This document shows positions 17,376-26,243 of a stretch of 44,763 bases of DNA, piece by piece (the first letter of the stretch is position 1; every line of letters starts with the position of its first letter). The stretch comes from a virus (taxonomy: Duplodnaviria; Heunggongvirae; Uroviricota; Caudoviricetes), in IMG/VR virus record IMGVR_UViG_3300030310_000017, positions 1 to 44,763 of that record, one strand, 5' to 3'. Below the pieces are notes generated by a model. It had not been told where the DNA came from. It searched no databases and saw nothing but the letters and a program-made list of their open reading frames with translations. Position numbers and translations under genes: made by a program.

Positions 17376-17570
17376 ATGGCTAAATATGAACTTCGACCAC
17401 TGTCAGATAGCCGTAAGGCTGACATTGCTCGCAGTGCATTAGCACAAAATAGAGCCCCTGCTAAGCCTACTGCTTCAATGTCCTCTGGCTCTGCTTCAAT
17501 ACAGAGATCACGAGATACTGCGCGAGTAATGATGGATCGTGCATTCAGGACAGTTGTAGCCAAAGGATAA
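17376..17570 (+). CDS. Hypothetical small basic protein
   Basis: 64-aa ORF with a strong GGGGAGG ribosome-binding site and an intrinsic terminator immediately downstream. Confidence 0.45.
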   Translation: MAKYELRPLSDSRKADIARSALAQNRAPAKPTASMSSGSASIQRSRDTARVMMDRAFRTVVAKG

Positions 17571-17587
17571 TTTTACTTTAATTGATT

Positions 17588-17614
17588 AAAGCGCCTTTTT
17601 CTGGCGCTTTTTTA
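17588..17614 (+). terminator. Intrinsic terminator
   Basis: Stem AGCGCC / GGCGCT with a 7-nt loop, followed by a run of six T. Confidence 0.55.
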
Positions 17615-17629
17615 TTGCGGAAAAACCAA

Positions 17630-18310
17630 ATGGAAAAGCTCTGGGTTTTTACTCAATTAGTTACAGGGAAAGATGACACATCTGGCTTTTTGGCTTACGC
17701 GCTCTATAAGCACGACAAAAATGAATATGCAGAGAAGTTGCGTAGTAGTGGCGAATATACAGAAGAAGATATTAACGCCCAACTGAAGATCTTTCATGAG
17801 CAGACAGTTAACTCGCCAGGCCGAATTGAGTCTTACAAAGAAAAAGCAGAAGCCATCGTCACAAACTTAACAGACCAGATAGATGCTGATATCCGGCTTG
17901 AGTACGATGCACAGTTAGCCGGTGCTAACTTGCAGGATGTTGAAATAGAACGGCTGAAAGCAGAAATACAGGCTATGAAAGCATCACGTGAGAGCGAGCT
18001 AAGGAAGGCTGGAGAGGATGCTATTCTCAATTTTCATCGCATGGTTGAAATCACCCAGGCACGCAAACGTGGGCGTGTTTCCCGCTCGTTAGGATGGTAC
18101 TGGAATGGGTTTGCCAGCATTTTCGCCACAATAACCTTCGCTGTCATTGTCTATGGTATTTGTACTTGGGCATTGCCACAAAAATCCAGAGACGACATTG
18201 TGGATGGAGCGTTTAAAAATCTGCAGGGATCGTTATTCCAACAGCCAAACATTCAATTTAATAAAGACAAAAACGAGAACGCTCAGCAACCTAACACAAG
18301 TGCCGAATAG
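17630..18310 (+). CDS. Membrane-anchored hypothetical protein (one predicted transmembrane helix, coiled-coil N-terminal region)
   Basis: An ATG at 17630 after the terminator (the ORF track start at 17582 would read through the terminator). A hydrophobic stretch GFASIFATITFAVIVYGICTWAL is present. Confidence 0.5.
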   Translation: MEKLWVFTQLVTGKDDTSGFLAYALYKHDKNEYAEKLRSSGEYTEEDINAQLKIFHEQTVNSPGRIESYKEKAEAIVTNLTDQIDADIRLEYDAQLAGANLQDVEIERLKAEIQAMKASRESELRKAGEDAILNFHRMVEITQARKRGRVSRSLGWYWNGFASIFATITFAVIVYGICTWALPQKSRDDIVDGAFKNLQGSLFQQPNIQFNKDKNENAQQPNTSAE

Positions 18311-18487
18311 TATCCCCGCGATGCTCCGGTAGCCTCACCATCTCGCGGGGCTTGCCTTTCCAGGTGATTGACATGATTACCAGTTTCTGAATACCGTTTT
18401 CAACGGTACTGAGCACCCAGGTGACGGTGAAACGTGAAGAATATCGCACCTTATTAAAGGTGCAGCCCCTCAAAAGAGGGGCTATTC

Positions 18488-18721
18488 TCACTTCTGCAGT
18501 ATCTCGCCAATACCTGCCAGGTTCTCATCCATCTTGTCACCGTTTTCGATAAGGATGGAGTTGAGCCGATTCAGTTGCATAGCAATTTCAAGTTTGATTA
18601 AAGTATCTACCGATACATCAGTTTCTTTTGCTAACTTAGTAAGAGCCTCAGCCCGATTGGCTAAATTAAAATCATCGAACTCATAACGACTTCTGCACGG
18701 CTGGTTGCCTAACGTACCCAT
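18488..18721 (-). CDS. Hypothetical protein
   Basis: 77-aa ORF on the reverse strand in the accessory region. Confidence 0.35.
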   Translation of the reverse strand: MGTLGNQPCRSRYEFDDFNLANRAEALTKLAKETDVSVDTLIKLEIAMQLNRLNSILIENGDKMDENLAGIGEILQK

Positions 18722-18962
18722 AGTGATTCCTCATGATATAAAGACCCAACAATATAAATTACCAGGCACATCATAAGATAGGGGCCCAGCCCATATTTTC
18801 AAATATTTGCAAGTATCACCGTTCAGTCTAAAGACTTGGATGGTTGTTTCACGAGTCATAACAAAACCCTGACTCGGCGGGTTTTCTTTTTATAGAACTC
18901 TGCGATGCGACAACGAATAATAAATTGTGCAAATAGTGCTGTTTTTATTATTCGAGGTGGAT

Positions 18963-19595
18963 ATGAGATCATTCTATGAGGACTGGCCTGAAACGTTTGT
19001 CACCCGACTTGACATGCTGCGGGCGCTGGATAACCGGGGGGCAACCCGGAGACTCTACACAAAACGTACAGGGGCGATTTACAACGCGCTGGCAGACGAG
19101 GTTCGTGAGGCTGTGACTGGATTCAATACCAGTGAACTCGACTTAGGACCACTCTACCGGTATTACAAACGTGGAGGAGAGAGCGACGCGCTGGCAGACA
19201 CACTGATCGCACTGGCGCCGACTGTGTGCAGGCGCGTAATGATTTCCCCTGACGTATATACAATACCGTACCTGTTTTTTGCGCTGTTGATAGCGCGAGG
19301 AGAGGACGACGATGCACGTGATTTTTTCAATATGATGATGCGGCCACTAATCGTGGCGTACCGGTTCAAACAACTGGCGCGTTATCTGGGAACAAAGGGC
19401 GGAGGGAGGCCACAGCACAGGCTAAAAGACGAGGCATTACAGATTGCAGAGGTTTTTTTCACAAATAATCCCCACGCACGGGTTAGTGCGGCGGTGGCAC
19501 GTATTAACGAAATTCTCGTAAAAAAATATGCTGACGTTCCGGCGGAGTCAACTATTAGAAAATGGTTAACCCATGTTTATGGAAATGAAAAATAA
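18963..19595 (+). CDS. Hypothetical protein
   Basis: An ATG at 18963 preceded by GAGGTGG (the ORF track starts at 18927); about 210 aa. Confidence 0.5.
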   Translation: MRSFYEDWPETFVTRLDMLRALDNRGATRRLYTKRTGAIYNALADEVREAVTGFNTSELDLGPLYRYYKRGGESDALADTLIALAPTVCRRVMISPDVYTIPYLFFALLIARGEDDDARDFFNMMMRPLIVAYRFKQLARYLGTKGGGRPQHRLKDEALQIAEVFFTNNPHARVSAAVARINEILVKKYADVPAESTIRKWLTHVYGNEK

Positions 19596-19706
19596 TAACC
19601 ATAAACCGTTTTTTCCGGGAATAAACCGTTTAATCAAATTCACGCGGTGAATATAATTGCTCATTATTCCCCCATTGCATTTGATGTTATGACATACGAT
19701 AAAAAA

Positions 19707-19726
19707 TACTGTATATATATACAGTG
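19707..19726. promoter_or_regulatory. Consensus LexA (SOS) box, TACTGTATATATATACAGTG
   Basis: A perfect CTGT-N8-ACAG palindrome with an AT-rich spacer, about 20 bp upstream of the ATG at 19745 and overlapping a likely promoter. Confidence 0.7.
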
Positions 19727-19744
19727 TTTCTGTCAGGGGGAAAT

Positions 19745-19924
19745 ATGAACACACACGAGGCGATCAGCAAATTACCGGATACGTGCCGGGCTGTAATCAA
19801 ACGAGAAGAGGGGCGCGTAGTGATTGTACGCGTCCTCAGCGACGACGAGCGGATTGCCAGCCTGCTGGCGTTTCTCGAGTTGGCAGAAACAGCTGGATAT
19901 ACTATTACACCCCCTGACGCGTAA
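19745..19924 (+). CDS. Small LexA-box-associated protein; antirepressor candidate by context
   Basis: 59-aa ORF with an AGGGGGAAAT ribosome-binding site, immediately downstream of the LexA box. Confidence 0.5.
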   Translation: MNTHEAISKLPDTCRAVIKREEGRVVIVRVLSDDERIASLLAFLELAETAGYTITPPDA

Positions 19925-20001
19925 TACGCGGTATAATACTGGTGCTGGTCTGAACACCCGGCACCATTTTCTGAGCACTGCCGCGCCACCTGGAGTTAAA
20001 C

Positions 20002-20598
20002 ATGGCGCAGCATTCATTTATCAGGGTATCCGGCGGTTCGCTAATACCCGCGACACCAGACACGCAACGCTGGTTGACTGAACGAGTCAAACCAGATGCT
20101 GTTGTGTATGCAGATTTCAAACAGGCGCGTAATCCCGCGTTTCATCGTAAATTTTTCTCACTTCTAAACCTGGGCTTTGATTACTGGCATCCGTCCGGAG
20201 GGGCTATTTCTCCTGCGGAGCGCGAACTGGTCCATGGCTACGTTAAGTTACTGGCGTATTACGGTGGACACGGTGATGTCATGGCAGAGCTGGCTGATCA
20301 GTATCTTCTCGATGAGTCGGAAAAGCGCGCGGGGAATATCAGTGCGGTGAAGTCGTTCGAGGCGTTTCGCGCCTGGGCGATTATGGAAGCTGGGTTTTAT
20401 GACGTTCATCAGATGCCGGATGGCAGTTTGATGCGCGTACCTCGTTCAATCTCGTTTGCTGCGATGGACGATCTTGAGTTCGGTCAACTGTATTCAGCCG
20501 TTTTAGATGTGCTGTGGAATTATATTTTGTTCCGCACGTTTGCCTCTCAGGAGGCCGCTGAAAATGCTGCCGCGCAGCTGCTGGATTACACATCATGA
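20002..20598 (+). CDS. Hypothetical lambdoid nin-region protein (DUF1367-like)
   Basis: 198-aa ORF with a GGAG ribosome-binding site. The family label is a recollection. Confidence 0.45.
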   Translation: MAQHSFIRVSGGSLIPATPDTQRWLTERVKPDAVVYADFKQARNPAFHRKFFSLLNLGFDYWHPSGGAISPAERELVHGYVKLLAYYGGHGDVMAELADQYLLDESEKRAGNISAVKSFEAFRAWAIMEAGFYDVHQMPDGSLMRVPRSISFAAMDDLEFGQLYSAVLDVLWNYILFRTFASQEAAENAAAQLLDYTS

Positions 20599-20888
20599 AA
20601 AAAATCGACCTGAGAAAAGCTGCATGCGGTCGCGCTTGTACTGTGCGTATCCCCTGTGTGTGTAATCACAATCCGGAAACCAGTGTACTGGCTCACTACC
20701 GCCTCGCCGGAACGTGCGGCACAGCCATCAAACCTCACGATATGCAGGGCGCTATCGCCTGCAGTGCGTGTCACGATGCCATCGACGGGCGTACAAAAAC
20801 GGATTACGAGCACGACTCATTGTTGTTGATGCACGCTGAAGGAGTTTTCAGAACACTGGCTATCTGGCGCGATGAGGAGTTTATCTGA
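20595..20888 (+). CDS. Cys-rich small protein (DUF1364-like, possible zinc-binding)
   Basis: 97-aa ORF with several Cys pairs (CGRAC, CVC, CSAC) and ATGA overlap to the upstream gene. Confidence 0.45.
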   Translation: MKKIDLRKAACGRACTVRIPCVCNHNPETSVLAHYRLAGTCGTAIKPHDMQGAIACSACHDAIDGRTKTDYEHDSLLLMHAEGVFRTLAIWRDEEFI

Positions 20889-21559
20889 TGAGTAACGAGT
20901 ATTTATTGGAATATACCCGCATAAAACTGCGTGCTGCATTACGGGATTTGTCTGGTGGTTCTAAGGGGCAACTGGAAGCATTGTGTGAGCACCCGCCAGC
21001 AGATAAAAACGCATACCCACGCAAACATATTCATCGTGTGCAACTGGAGGACCGGACCGTTGATGCTCTGGTTCCGCCAGTTTATGCCCTGGAAAGTTTC
21101 AGCAGACGTCGCCCCGCGCCGCCGATGAATGATTTTGAATTCGCTGATTCATCGTGGCGCCGTGCCGTGAACGCGCTCGACGTTAGCCAGCAGGCGTGGT
21201 TGCGCTATTGCTACGGTGGTAACCTGGCGTTCAAACACCAAACAGCTATTTGTGAGGCTGTCTGGAGTCGCTATAAAGGAAACATCTCTGCGTCAACTCA
21301 GAGAAAAGTAGTCAAGCGCCTGCTTTCGTTGGTGTGGTTGTCCGTGCAGGCGGTCGCAGCAGCAAATAAACGCGAGGATTTTAAGGAGATGGCCGGATCT
21401 GCGCTAGCTGGAATGTTGTCTGTTTCTCGTTCCACCTGGTGCGAAACATACTCCCCGCACTGGGTAGGAATGAAAGAGGCGGTGAGAGCACTTGATGAAG
21501 TGGCACTTTTTGCAACTTTGCATCATTATCAGAACCATTTAGACGACGTTTGCGTATAA
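20888..21559 (+). CDS. Putative late antiterminator (Q-like)
   Basis: 223-aa ORF that is the last gene before the lysis cassette and is followed by a ~110-bp promoter/terminator-like spacer. Assignment is positional. Confidence 0.5.
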   Translation: MSNEYLLEYTRIKLRAALRDLSGGSKGQLEALCEHPPADKNAYPRKHIHRVQLEDRTVDALVPPVYALESFSRRRPAPPMNDFEFADSSWRRAVNALDVSQQAWLRYCYGGNLAFKHQTAICEAVWSRYKGNISASTQRKVVKRLLSLVWLSVQAVAAANKREDFKEMAGSALAGMLSVSRSTWCETYSPHWVGMKEAVRALDEVALFATLHHYQNHLDDVCV

Positions 21560-21671
21560 TGCTTGCAAAACCGAACAAAATAGGCCATATTTAACGCTAA
21601 TTTGGTATGTTGCCAAATTTCTAAGAACCTCGCCACGGCGGGGTTTTGTCGTTTCTGAATCAGGAAAAATC
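21560..21671 (+). promoter_or_regulatory. Putative late promoter and early-terminator region
   Basis: Intergenic spacer between the Q-like gene and the holin, containing a GC hairpin followed by TTTTGTCGTTT. Confidence 0.3.
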
Positions 21672-22055
21672 ATGTCTGAACCTCTAACCGCTGGCGTTGC
21701 TGCTGGCTCGGCGGGGGTGACGTTTGCTGCGTTATTTCCTGAGGCAACACCTGCAGTGATGATCTGTGCGCTGGCAGGCGCAGCTCTCTATGTGTTGTCA
21801 TCCGGGCAGCATCGATTCTGGAAGCAGGTTATTTTCGCACTCATTTCGTTTGTTGGCGGTGTGTATTGCGCTGAGACAGCATCAGCCATCATTACCGGTA
21901 TTCTGAATGCGGTGCTGAGTCACCTGAACCCTCCCGTAACAGTAAAAGTCTCTCCCGCCATTGGTGCACTGGTTGCATCAGTAATCAGCGTTACATCACT
22001 GTTGCGGATCATGTCACAAGCTCGTTTATGGAAATCAGATAAGGGGATGAAATAA
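21672..22055 (+). CDS. Holin
   Basis: 127-aa protein with multiple hydrophobic helices and a charged C-terminus; first gene of the lysis cassette. Confidence 0.6.
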   Translation: MSEPLTAGVAAGSAGVTFAALFPEATPAVMICALAGAALYVLSSGQHRFWKQVIFALISFVGGVYCAETASAIITGILNAVLSHLNPPVTVKVSPAIGALVASVISVTSLLRIMSQARLWKSDKGMK

Positions 22056-22327
22056 TGACCCTGCACTCTGTCCTCATCAATGCCAATGCAATTATCTGTC
22101 TGATGCTGGCACTGCGGTTGATGTTTTTTCAAAAAACAGGCCGCTATCGTTTTTTTATCTCACTAACTGCTTACCTGGCGATTCTGTCTGCTGCGTGGAT
22201 AGCCCTACGAATTTTTTACGGGAAATATACGCAGGTTGATCCCGCAGAGTTCTTTCTCAACCTCACCATCTGTATTGCTGTCTGGCGGGCACGAGGAAAT
22301 ATTTCAAAAATAACAGGAGACAGGTAA
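22055..22327 (+). CDS. Holin-like small membrane protein
   Basis: 90-aa protein with two or three hydrophobic segments, overlapping the upstream holin stop. Confidence 0.45.
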   Translation: MTLHSVLINANAIICLMLALRLMFFQKTGRYRFFISLTAYLAILSAAWIALRIFYGKYTQVDPAEFFLNLTICIAVWRARGNISKITGDR

Positions 22328-22806
22328 TGACCGATCCTAAATGGCTAATTGAGGCACGAAAAAATCTCGGCATCCGGGAAATGAAAGGGAAGCAACATGC
22401 TGCAGAAATTGTGCAGTACTGGAAAGATATCAAACGCGGCGGTATTAAGGATGACGAAACACCATGGTGCGCCGCCTTCACCGGAGCAATGCTGGAACGT
22501 GTTGGTATTCGCTCAACGCGTTTTGAGTCTGCGAATTCTTATCTCGATTGGGGTAATGAACTGAAGGAACCTGCCTATGGATGCATTGCTATTCTGTCTC
22601 GGTCTGGCGGTGGCCACGTTGGTTTTGTTGTCGGGAAAAATGCCGCCGGGGATTTAATGATTTTGGGGGGCAACCAGGCAGATGAAGTAAATATCAAAGC
22701 TTTTCCTCGTTCCCGCGTAACAGGCTATCGCTGGCCAGCAGGTCAAACGGATGTTCCACAATCACTTCCATTGGTGAATGCTGAGAAATCTATCTCAGAA
22801 GCGTAG
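22327..22806 (+). CDS. Endolysin, peptidase type (CHAP/NlpC-P60-like Cys-His)
   Basis: 159-aa protein with a PWCAAF cysteine and a GGHVGFVV histidine motif, directly after the holin genes. Confidence 0.55.
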   Translation: MTDPKWLIEARKNLGIREMKGKQHAAEIVQYWKDIKRGGIKDDETPWCAAFTGAMLERVGIRSTRFESANSYLDWGNELKEPAYGCIAILSRSGGGHVGFVVGKNAAGDLMILGGNQADEVNIKAFPRSRVTGYRWPAGQTDVPQSLPLVNAEKSISEA

Positions 22807-22813
22807 GTAAAAC

Positions 22814-22981
22814 GTGAAAAAACTTCTCTTAGCTGTCGCGTTCTTCACGATGGCAGGCTGCACACATTCGACATACACCGAAGCGACTCGCGCTGACGGC
22901 AGCAGCATTAAACACGTGACGATCGCGCCGGGTACGAAGATTACTACTGCGAACGGTGGTTGTATTGATTCAACCGGTTAA
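22814..22981 (+). CDS. Small lipoprotein (outer-membrane spanin-like)
   Basis: 55-aa ORF with a GTG start and a signal peptide ending in a lipobox (FFTMAGC), located right after the endolysin. Confidence 0.35.
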   Translation: MKKLLLAVAFFTMAGCTHSTYTEATRADGSSIKHVTIAPGTKITTANGGCIDSTG

Positions 22982-23223
22982 GGTAACCGATTTGACCATT
23001 TAGTTGCGCGCCAGTTGTTCTGAACCATAATCTCCTCAAGTATCTCATCTGAAGGCTCTGCTTCGCCGCTTAACCATTCTCTTAAAGTTGAACAATGTAG
23101 GTAAGAGGAGTTCGCACGATAAAAAGATACGATGGCGTCCTCTGATAATTTCTCAGGAAATTTTTTGGGGTCAGCTTCTTTTAATATTACGCTCATTAAG
23201 GCTTCGATTTTTTCTTTGTTCAT
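22978..23223 (-). CDS. Hypothetical reverse-strand small protein
   Basis: 81-aa ORF in an AT-rich spacer between the lysis and packaging modules, on the opposite strand. Confidence 0.35.
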   Translation of the reverse strand: MNKEKIEALMSVILKEADPKKFPEKLSEDAIVSFYRANSSYLHCSTLREWLSGEAEPSDEILEEIMVQNNWRATKWSNRLP

Positions 23224-23594
23224 TCTTTTGTGTGCTCATGGTTGTTGCTTTTCTGTAAGAATATCAATAATTTCAAGATATATACACATAGGGGAAACTT
23301 TGTTCGGTAGTCTATCGATACAGCGCAAAAGGATGGCTCGCTGCCAAAGTGAAAGCTTACGCTGATAATGAGATACACAAAGCTGATGTATGCAAACAAG
23401 TACGCCGCGAGGCTACAGTCGAGTTTGATGAACCTGATGCGAGCCCCCGATTCCTGTCCTGAAAGGGATATAGCCCCCCTGGTCGCGGGTCCTTTCCGAA
23501 ATTCAAAACACCGAGGGTCGGTAGACGCGCAAAAACTCACTCGTTTTTAGTATTTTTTCATTTTGGGTATTTCCGGTTCCGGTGAGGATTTTTA

Positions 23595-24161
23595 ATGGCA
23601 AGTCAGGCTGAGGTCGCAGCACATTTACTGCTATCTGATCGTCGTCTGCGCGATCTTGCAAAACTTCCGGGAGCCCCAGTCCCCCAAGGACGTGGCGATT
23701 GGGAACTTGACGCATGGCGCCATTTTTATATTCGTTATCTCCGGAGCAATAGACGCGACACAACTAGTAATGACGAACCGGAAGCGGGGGACAATTCTCC
23801 CGAAAAAAATCGCGAGCAGTGGTTGAAAAATGAGGAACGGCAGGAGCGAATCCTGATGGCTCGCGTGAAACGCCGCATTCTTGCTAAACGCTACGCGCCA
23901 ATTGAATTAATCAGCGTAGCTGTATCTCGCGTCGCAGTTGAATTACGTACCCGTGTCGAATCGTGGCCACCACGGTTAAAAAAGGTGTGGCCGGAAATGC
24001 CGCAGGAGGCGAGCAGTGTATTACGAGAGGAGCTGGCAATAGCCCTGAATGAACTGGCAGACATACGAATCGACTTCAGCGATTACGATGTCAGCGATAT
24101 CGAACGCGATCTCGACAGGGTTGAATCCCTTGCGCGTGACGATACCGATGACGGGGGTTGA
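23595..24161 (+). CDS. Terminase small subunit (putative)
   Basis: 188-aa acidic protein immediately upstream of, and overlapping, the terminase large subunit gene. Confidence 0.5.
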   Translation: MASQAEVAAHLLLSDRRLRDLAKLPGAPVPQGRGDWELDAWRHFYIRYLRSNRRDTTSNDEPEAGDNSPEKNREQWLKNEERQERILMARVKRRILAKRYAPIELISVAVSRVAVELRTRVESWPPRLKKVWPEMPQEASSVLREELAIALNELADIRIDFSDYDVSDIERDLDRVESLARDDTDDGG

Positions 24162-26010
24162 GTGGGCTGATAAACATTTTTATCTTCCCGAAGGCTCAAG
24201 CCATATTGCTGGCCACTGGACGACTCAGCCGGTCCAGGTAGTGATGTTAAATATGATGACTAACGACGCGATAAAAATCGTGTCTGTTCGCAAATCAGCT
24301 CGTCTCGGTTATACAAAAATACTCGTCGCGGCGCTGCTCTATTTCGCTGAGCACAAAAAACGTAGTGCCGTGGTCTATCAGCCTATCGATGACGAATCGG
24401 ATGGATTTGTCGCCGACGAGGTTGACCCCGCTATCGCCGAAATGCCGGTGATTCAGAAAATTTTCCCAGACTGGGATAAAAGCAACGAGCGTAACAATCT
24501 CCAGCGCAAAGAGATGAGCGGCGCAATTATTGATTTTCGCGGCGCGAGTACGCCGGGGAATTTTCGTCGACTGACGAAACAGGTTGTCGAAGGTGACGAG
24601 GTCGACGGCTGGCCGCTGGAGGTCGCTAAAAAAGGTAAAGGCGAAGGCTCGCCAATTGAGCTGGCGCTCGTTCGAATTAAGGGCGCAGCATACCCGAAAG
24701 CGATTTTTGGTTCGACGCCGACCGTTACTGGCAAAAGCCATATAGAAATGTTGGAAGACGCGGCTGATCTGACGTTTCGTTTTTACCTGAAGTGTCCGCA
24801 TTGTGGCGAGGAGCAGGTCCTGGTATTTGGTTTCGACGGTATCGAATACGGTCTCAAGTGGGATGACAGCCTGCAGACCAACGAGTCGAAATCGTCGTCC
24901 GCGTATTACCAGTGCTGCCACTGCCCGGAGCATTTTTACTATCGCGATCTCGAAAAAATGGAGCTCGGGGGGCGCTGGATAGCCGAGGACTGCACCTGGA
25001 CCCGAGACGGAATCCATTTTTTTGATCATGACAGTGGCGTCGTTCGCGCGCCGAAACACGCGGCGATCGTGATAAACGCCCTGTATTCACTAAACCTTGA
25101 TGGATGGGGCGAGATTGTCAGCGAGTGGCTGAAAGCGAAGGGCGACCCACTCAAAGAAAAAACGTTTCATAACACGACGCTCGGCGAGCTTTGGAGCGAC
25201 GTGGCCAGCGAGCAGCTGGAGCACGATATTCTGGTTAATCGCCGGGAAAAATACGCCAGCCAGGTTCCTGACGGTGTTGTTTATATAACCGGCGGCATCG
25301 ACTCTCAGACGTCCGGGCGCTACGAGTGTTACGTGTGGGGCTGGGGAGCTGAGGAAGAGTGCTGGCTGATTGATAAAACAATCGTCCTCGGTCGCTACGA
25401 CGAAGAGGACACGCTGCAGCGTGTCGACGGAGTGATTCGCAAACAATACCGGCGCAGCGACGGGACCACAATCGGCGTCAGCCGCTGGGCGTGGGATACC
25501 GGCGGTATAGATGCGCAGGTTGTTTATAACCGCTCGCTGAAACTCGGTCCGCTGTGGGTCATTCCAATTAAAGGCGCAAGCTCATACGGCCAGCCAGTCG
25601 TAAATATGCCGCGTACACGTAACGCGAATAAAGTTTATTTGTCGTTAATCGGTACTGACACAGCAAAAGATTTGCTCGCGATGCGCCTGCCACTGGAACC
25701 AGACCCAAAATCAGCGACACCGGGTGCAATTCATTTTCCAAACGACGACGAAATATTCGGCACAACAGAGGCAAAACAGCTCGTCTCTGAAGTTCTGATC
25801 CCGAAACTCATTAACGGTCGCGTCGTTTACCGCTGGGACAACCAGGGGCGGCGAAATGAGGCGCTCGACTGCTGGGTATACGGGCTGGCAGCGCTGCGTA
25901 TCAGTAAAATTCGTTTCCAGCTCAATCTCGAGACGCTCGCTGAGCAACGGAAAAAATCACAAAACAAACTGTCTCTCGAGGAGATGGCGAGAATGCTCGG
26001 AGGGAGCTAA
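24049..26010 (+). CDS. Terminase large subunit, lambda gpA-like
   Basis: Close lambda gpA-like segments throughout (VEWADKHFYLPEGS, CPHCGEEQVL, WTRDGI, YITGGIDSQ, WGWG, IPIKGAS, IGTDTAKD, RNEALDCWVYGLAALRIS). The start is ambiguous among 24049, 24086 and 24147. Confidence 0.9.
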   Translation: MNWQTYESTSAITMSAISNAISTGLNPLRVTIPMTGVEWADKHFYLPEGSSHIAGHWTTQPVQVVMLNMMTNDAIKIVSVRKSARLGYTKILVAALLYFAEHKKRSAVVYQPIDDESDGFVADEVDPAIAEMPVIQKIFPDWDKSNERNNLQRKEMSGAIIDFRGASTPGNFRRLTKQVVEGDEVDGWPLEVAKKGKGEGSPIELALVRIKGAAYPKAIFGSTPTVTGKSHIEMLEDAADLTFRFYLKCPHCGEEQVLVFGFDGIEYGLKWDDSLQTNESKSSSAYYQCCHCPEHFYYRDLEKMELGGRWIAEDCTWTRDGIHFFDHDSGVVRAPKHAAIVINALYSLNLDGWGEIVSEWLKAKGDPLKEKTFHNTTLGELWSDVASEQLEHDILVNRREKYASQVPDGVVYITGGIDSQTSGRYECYVWGWGAEEECWLIDKTIVLGRYDEEDTLQRVDGVIRKQYRRSDGTTIGVSRWAWDTGGIDAQVVYNRSLKLGPLWVIPIKGASSYGQPVVNMPRTRNANKVYLSLIGTDTAKDLLAMRLPLEPDPKSATPGAIHFPNDDEIFGTTEAKQLVSEVLIPKLINGRVVYRWDNQGRRNEALDCWVYGLAALRISKIRFQLNLETLAEQRKKSQNKLSLEEMARMLGGS

Positions 26011-26243
26011 TGACCGCGCGCGAGGTTTTAACAGAACGGCTGCTGGAAGCGGAAATCGCTCTGCACAAATTATTAACGGGTAAATCGACCGTGTCGCTGT
26101 CTCACGGCGATTCAGCGGGAAATAACCGGAGCTATCAGTACTCCCAGGCGAGTATTGAACAGCTCCGAACGTACATTATCGAGCTGAAATCACAGCTCGG
26201 TCTGAGTACGGGACGCCGCCGTCCCGTGGGAGTTCGATTATGA
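26010..26243 (+). CDS. Head-tail joining protein, lambda gpW-like
   Basis: 77-aa protein (LHKLLTGKSTVSL...YIIELKSQLG...RRRP) resembling lambda gpW in sequence and position. Confidence 0.75.
   Translation: MTAREVLTERLLEAEIALHKLLTGKSTVSLSHGDSAGNNRSYQYSQASIEQLRTYIIELKSQLGLSTGRRRPVGVRL

Noticed and set aside
17195-17563. 122-aa minus-strand ORF
   Set aside because: Overlaps the promoter/operator and the small plus-strand gene, which has a strong ribosome-binding site and terminator; the plus-strand reading is preferred.
18868-18895. Hairpin AAAACCC...GGGTTTT followed by CTTTTTA, a possible orphan terminator or sRNA 3' end
   Set aside because: No upstream plus-strand gene or promoter could be identified, so it is too weak to call.
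19687-19989. 100-aa minus-strand ORF
   Set aside because: Antisense to the LexA-box-driven small gene and running through the LexA box itself.
24295-25059. 254-aa minus-strand ORF (plus a 93-aa ORF at 24453-24734)
   Set aside because: Lies entirely antisense within the well-supported terminase large subunit gene; an antisense shadow ORF typical of GC-rich coding DNA.
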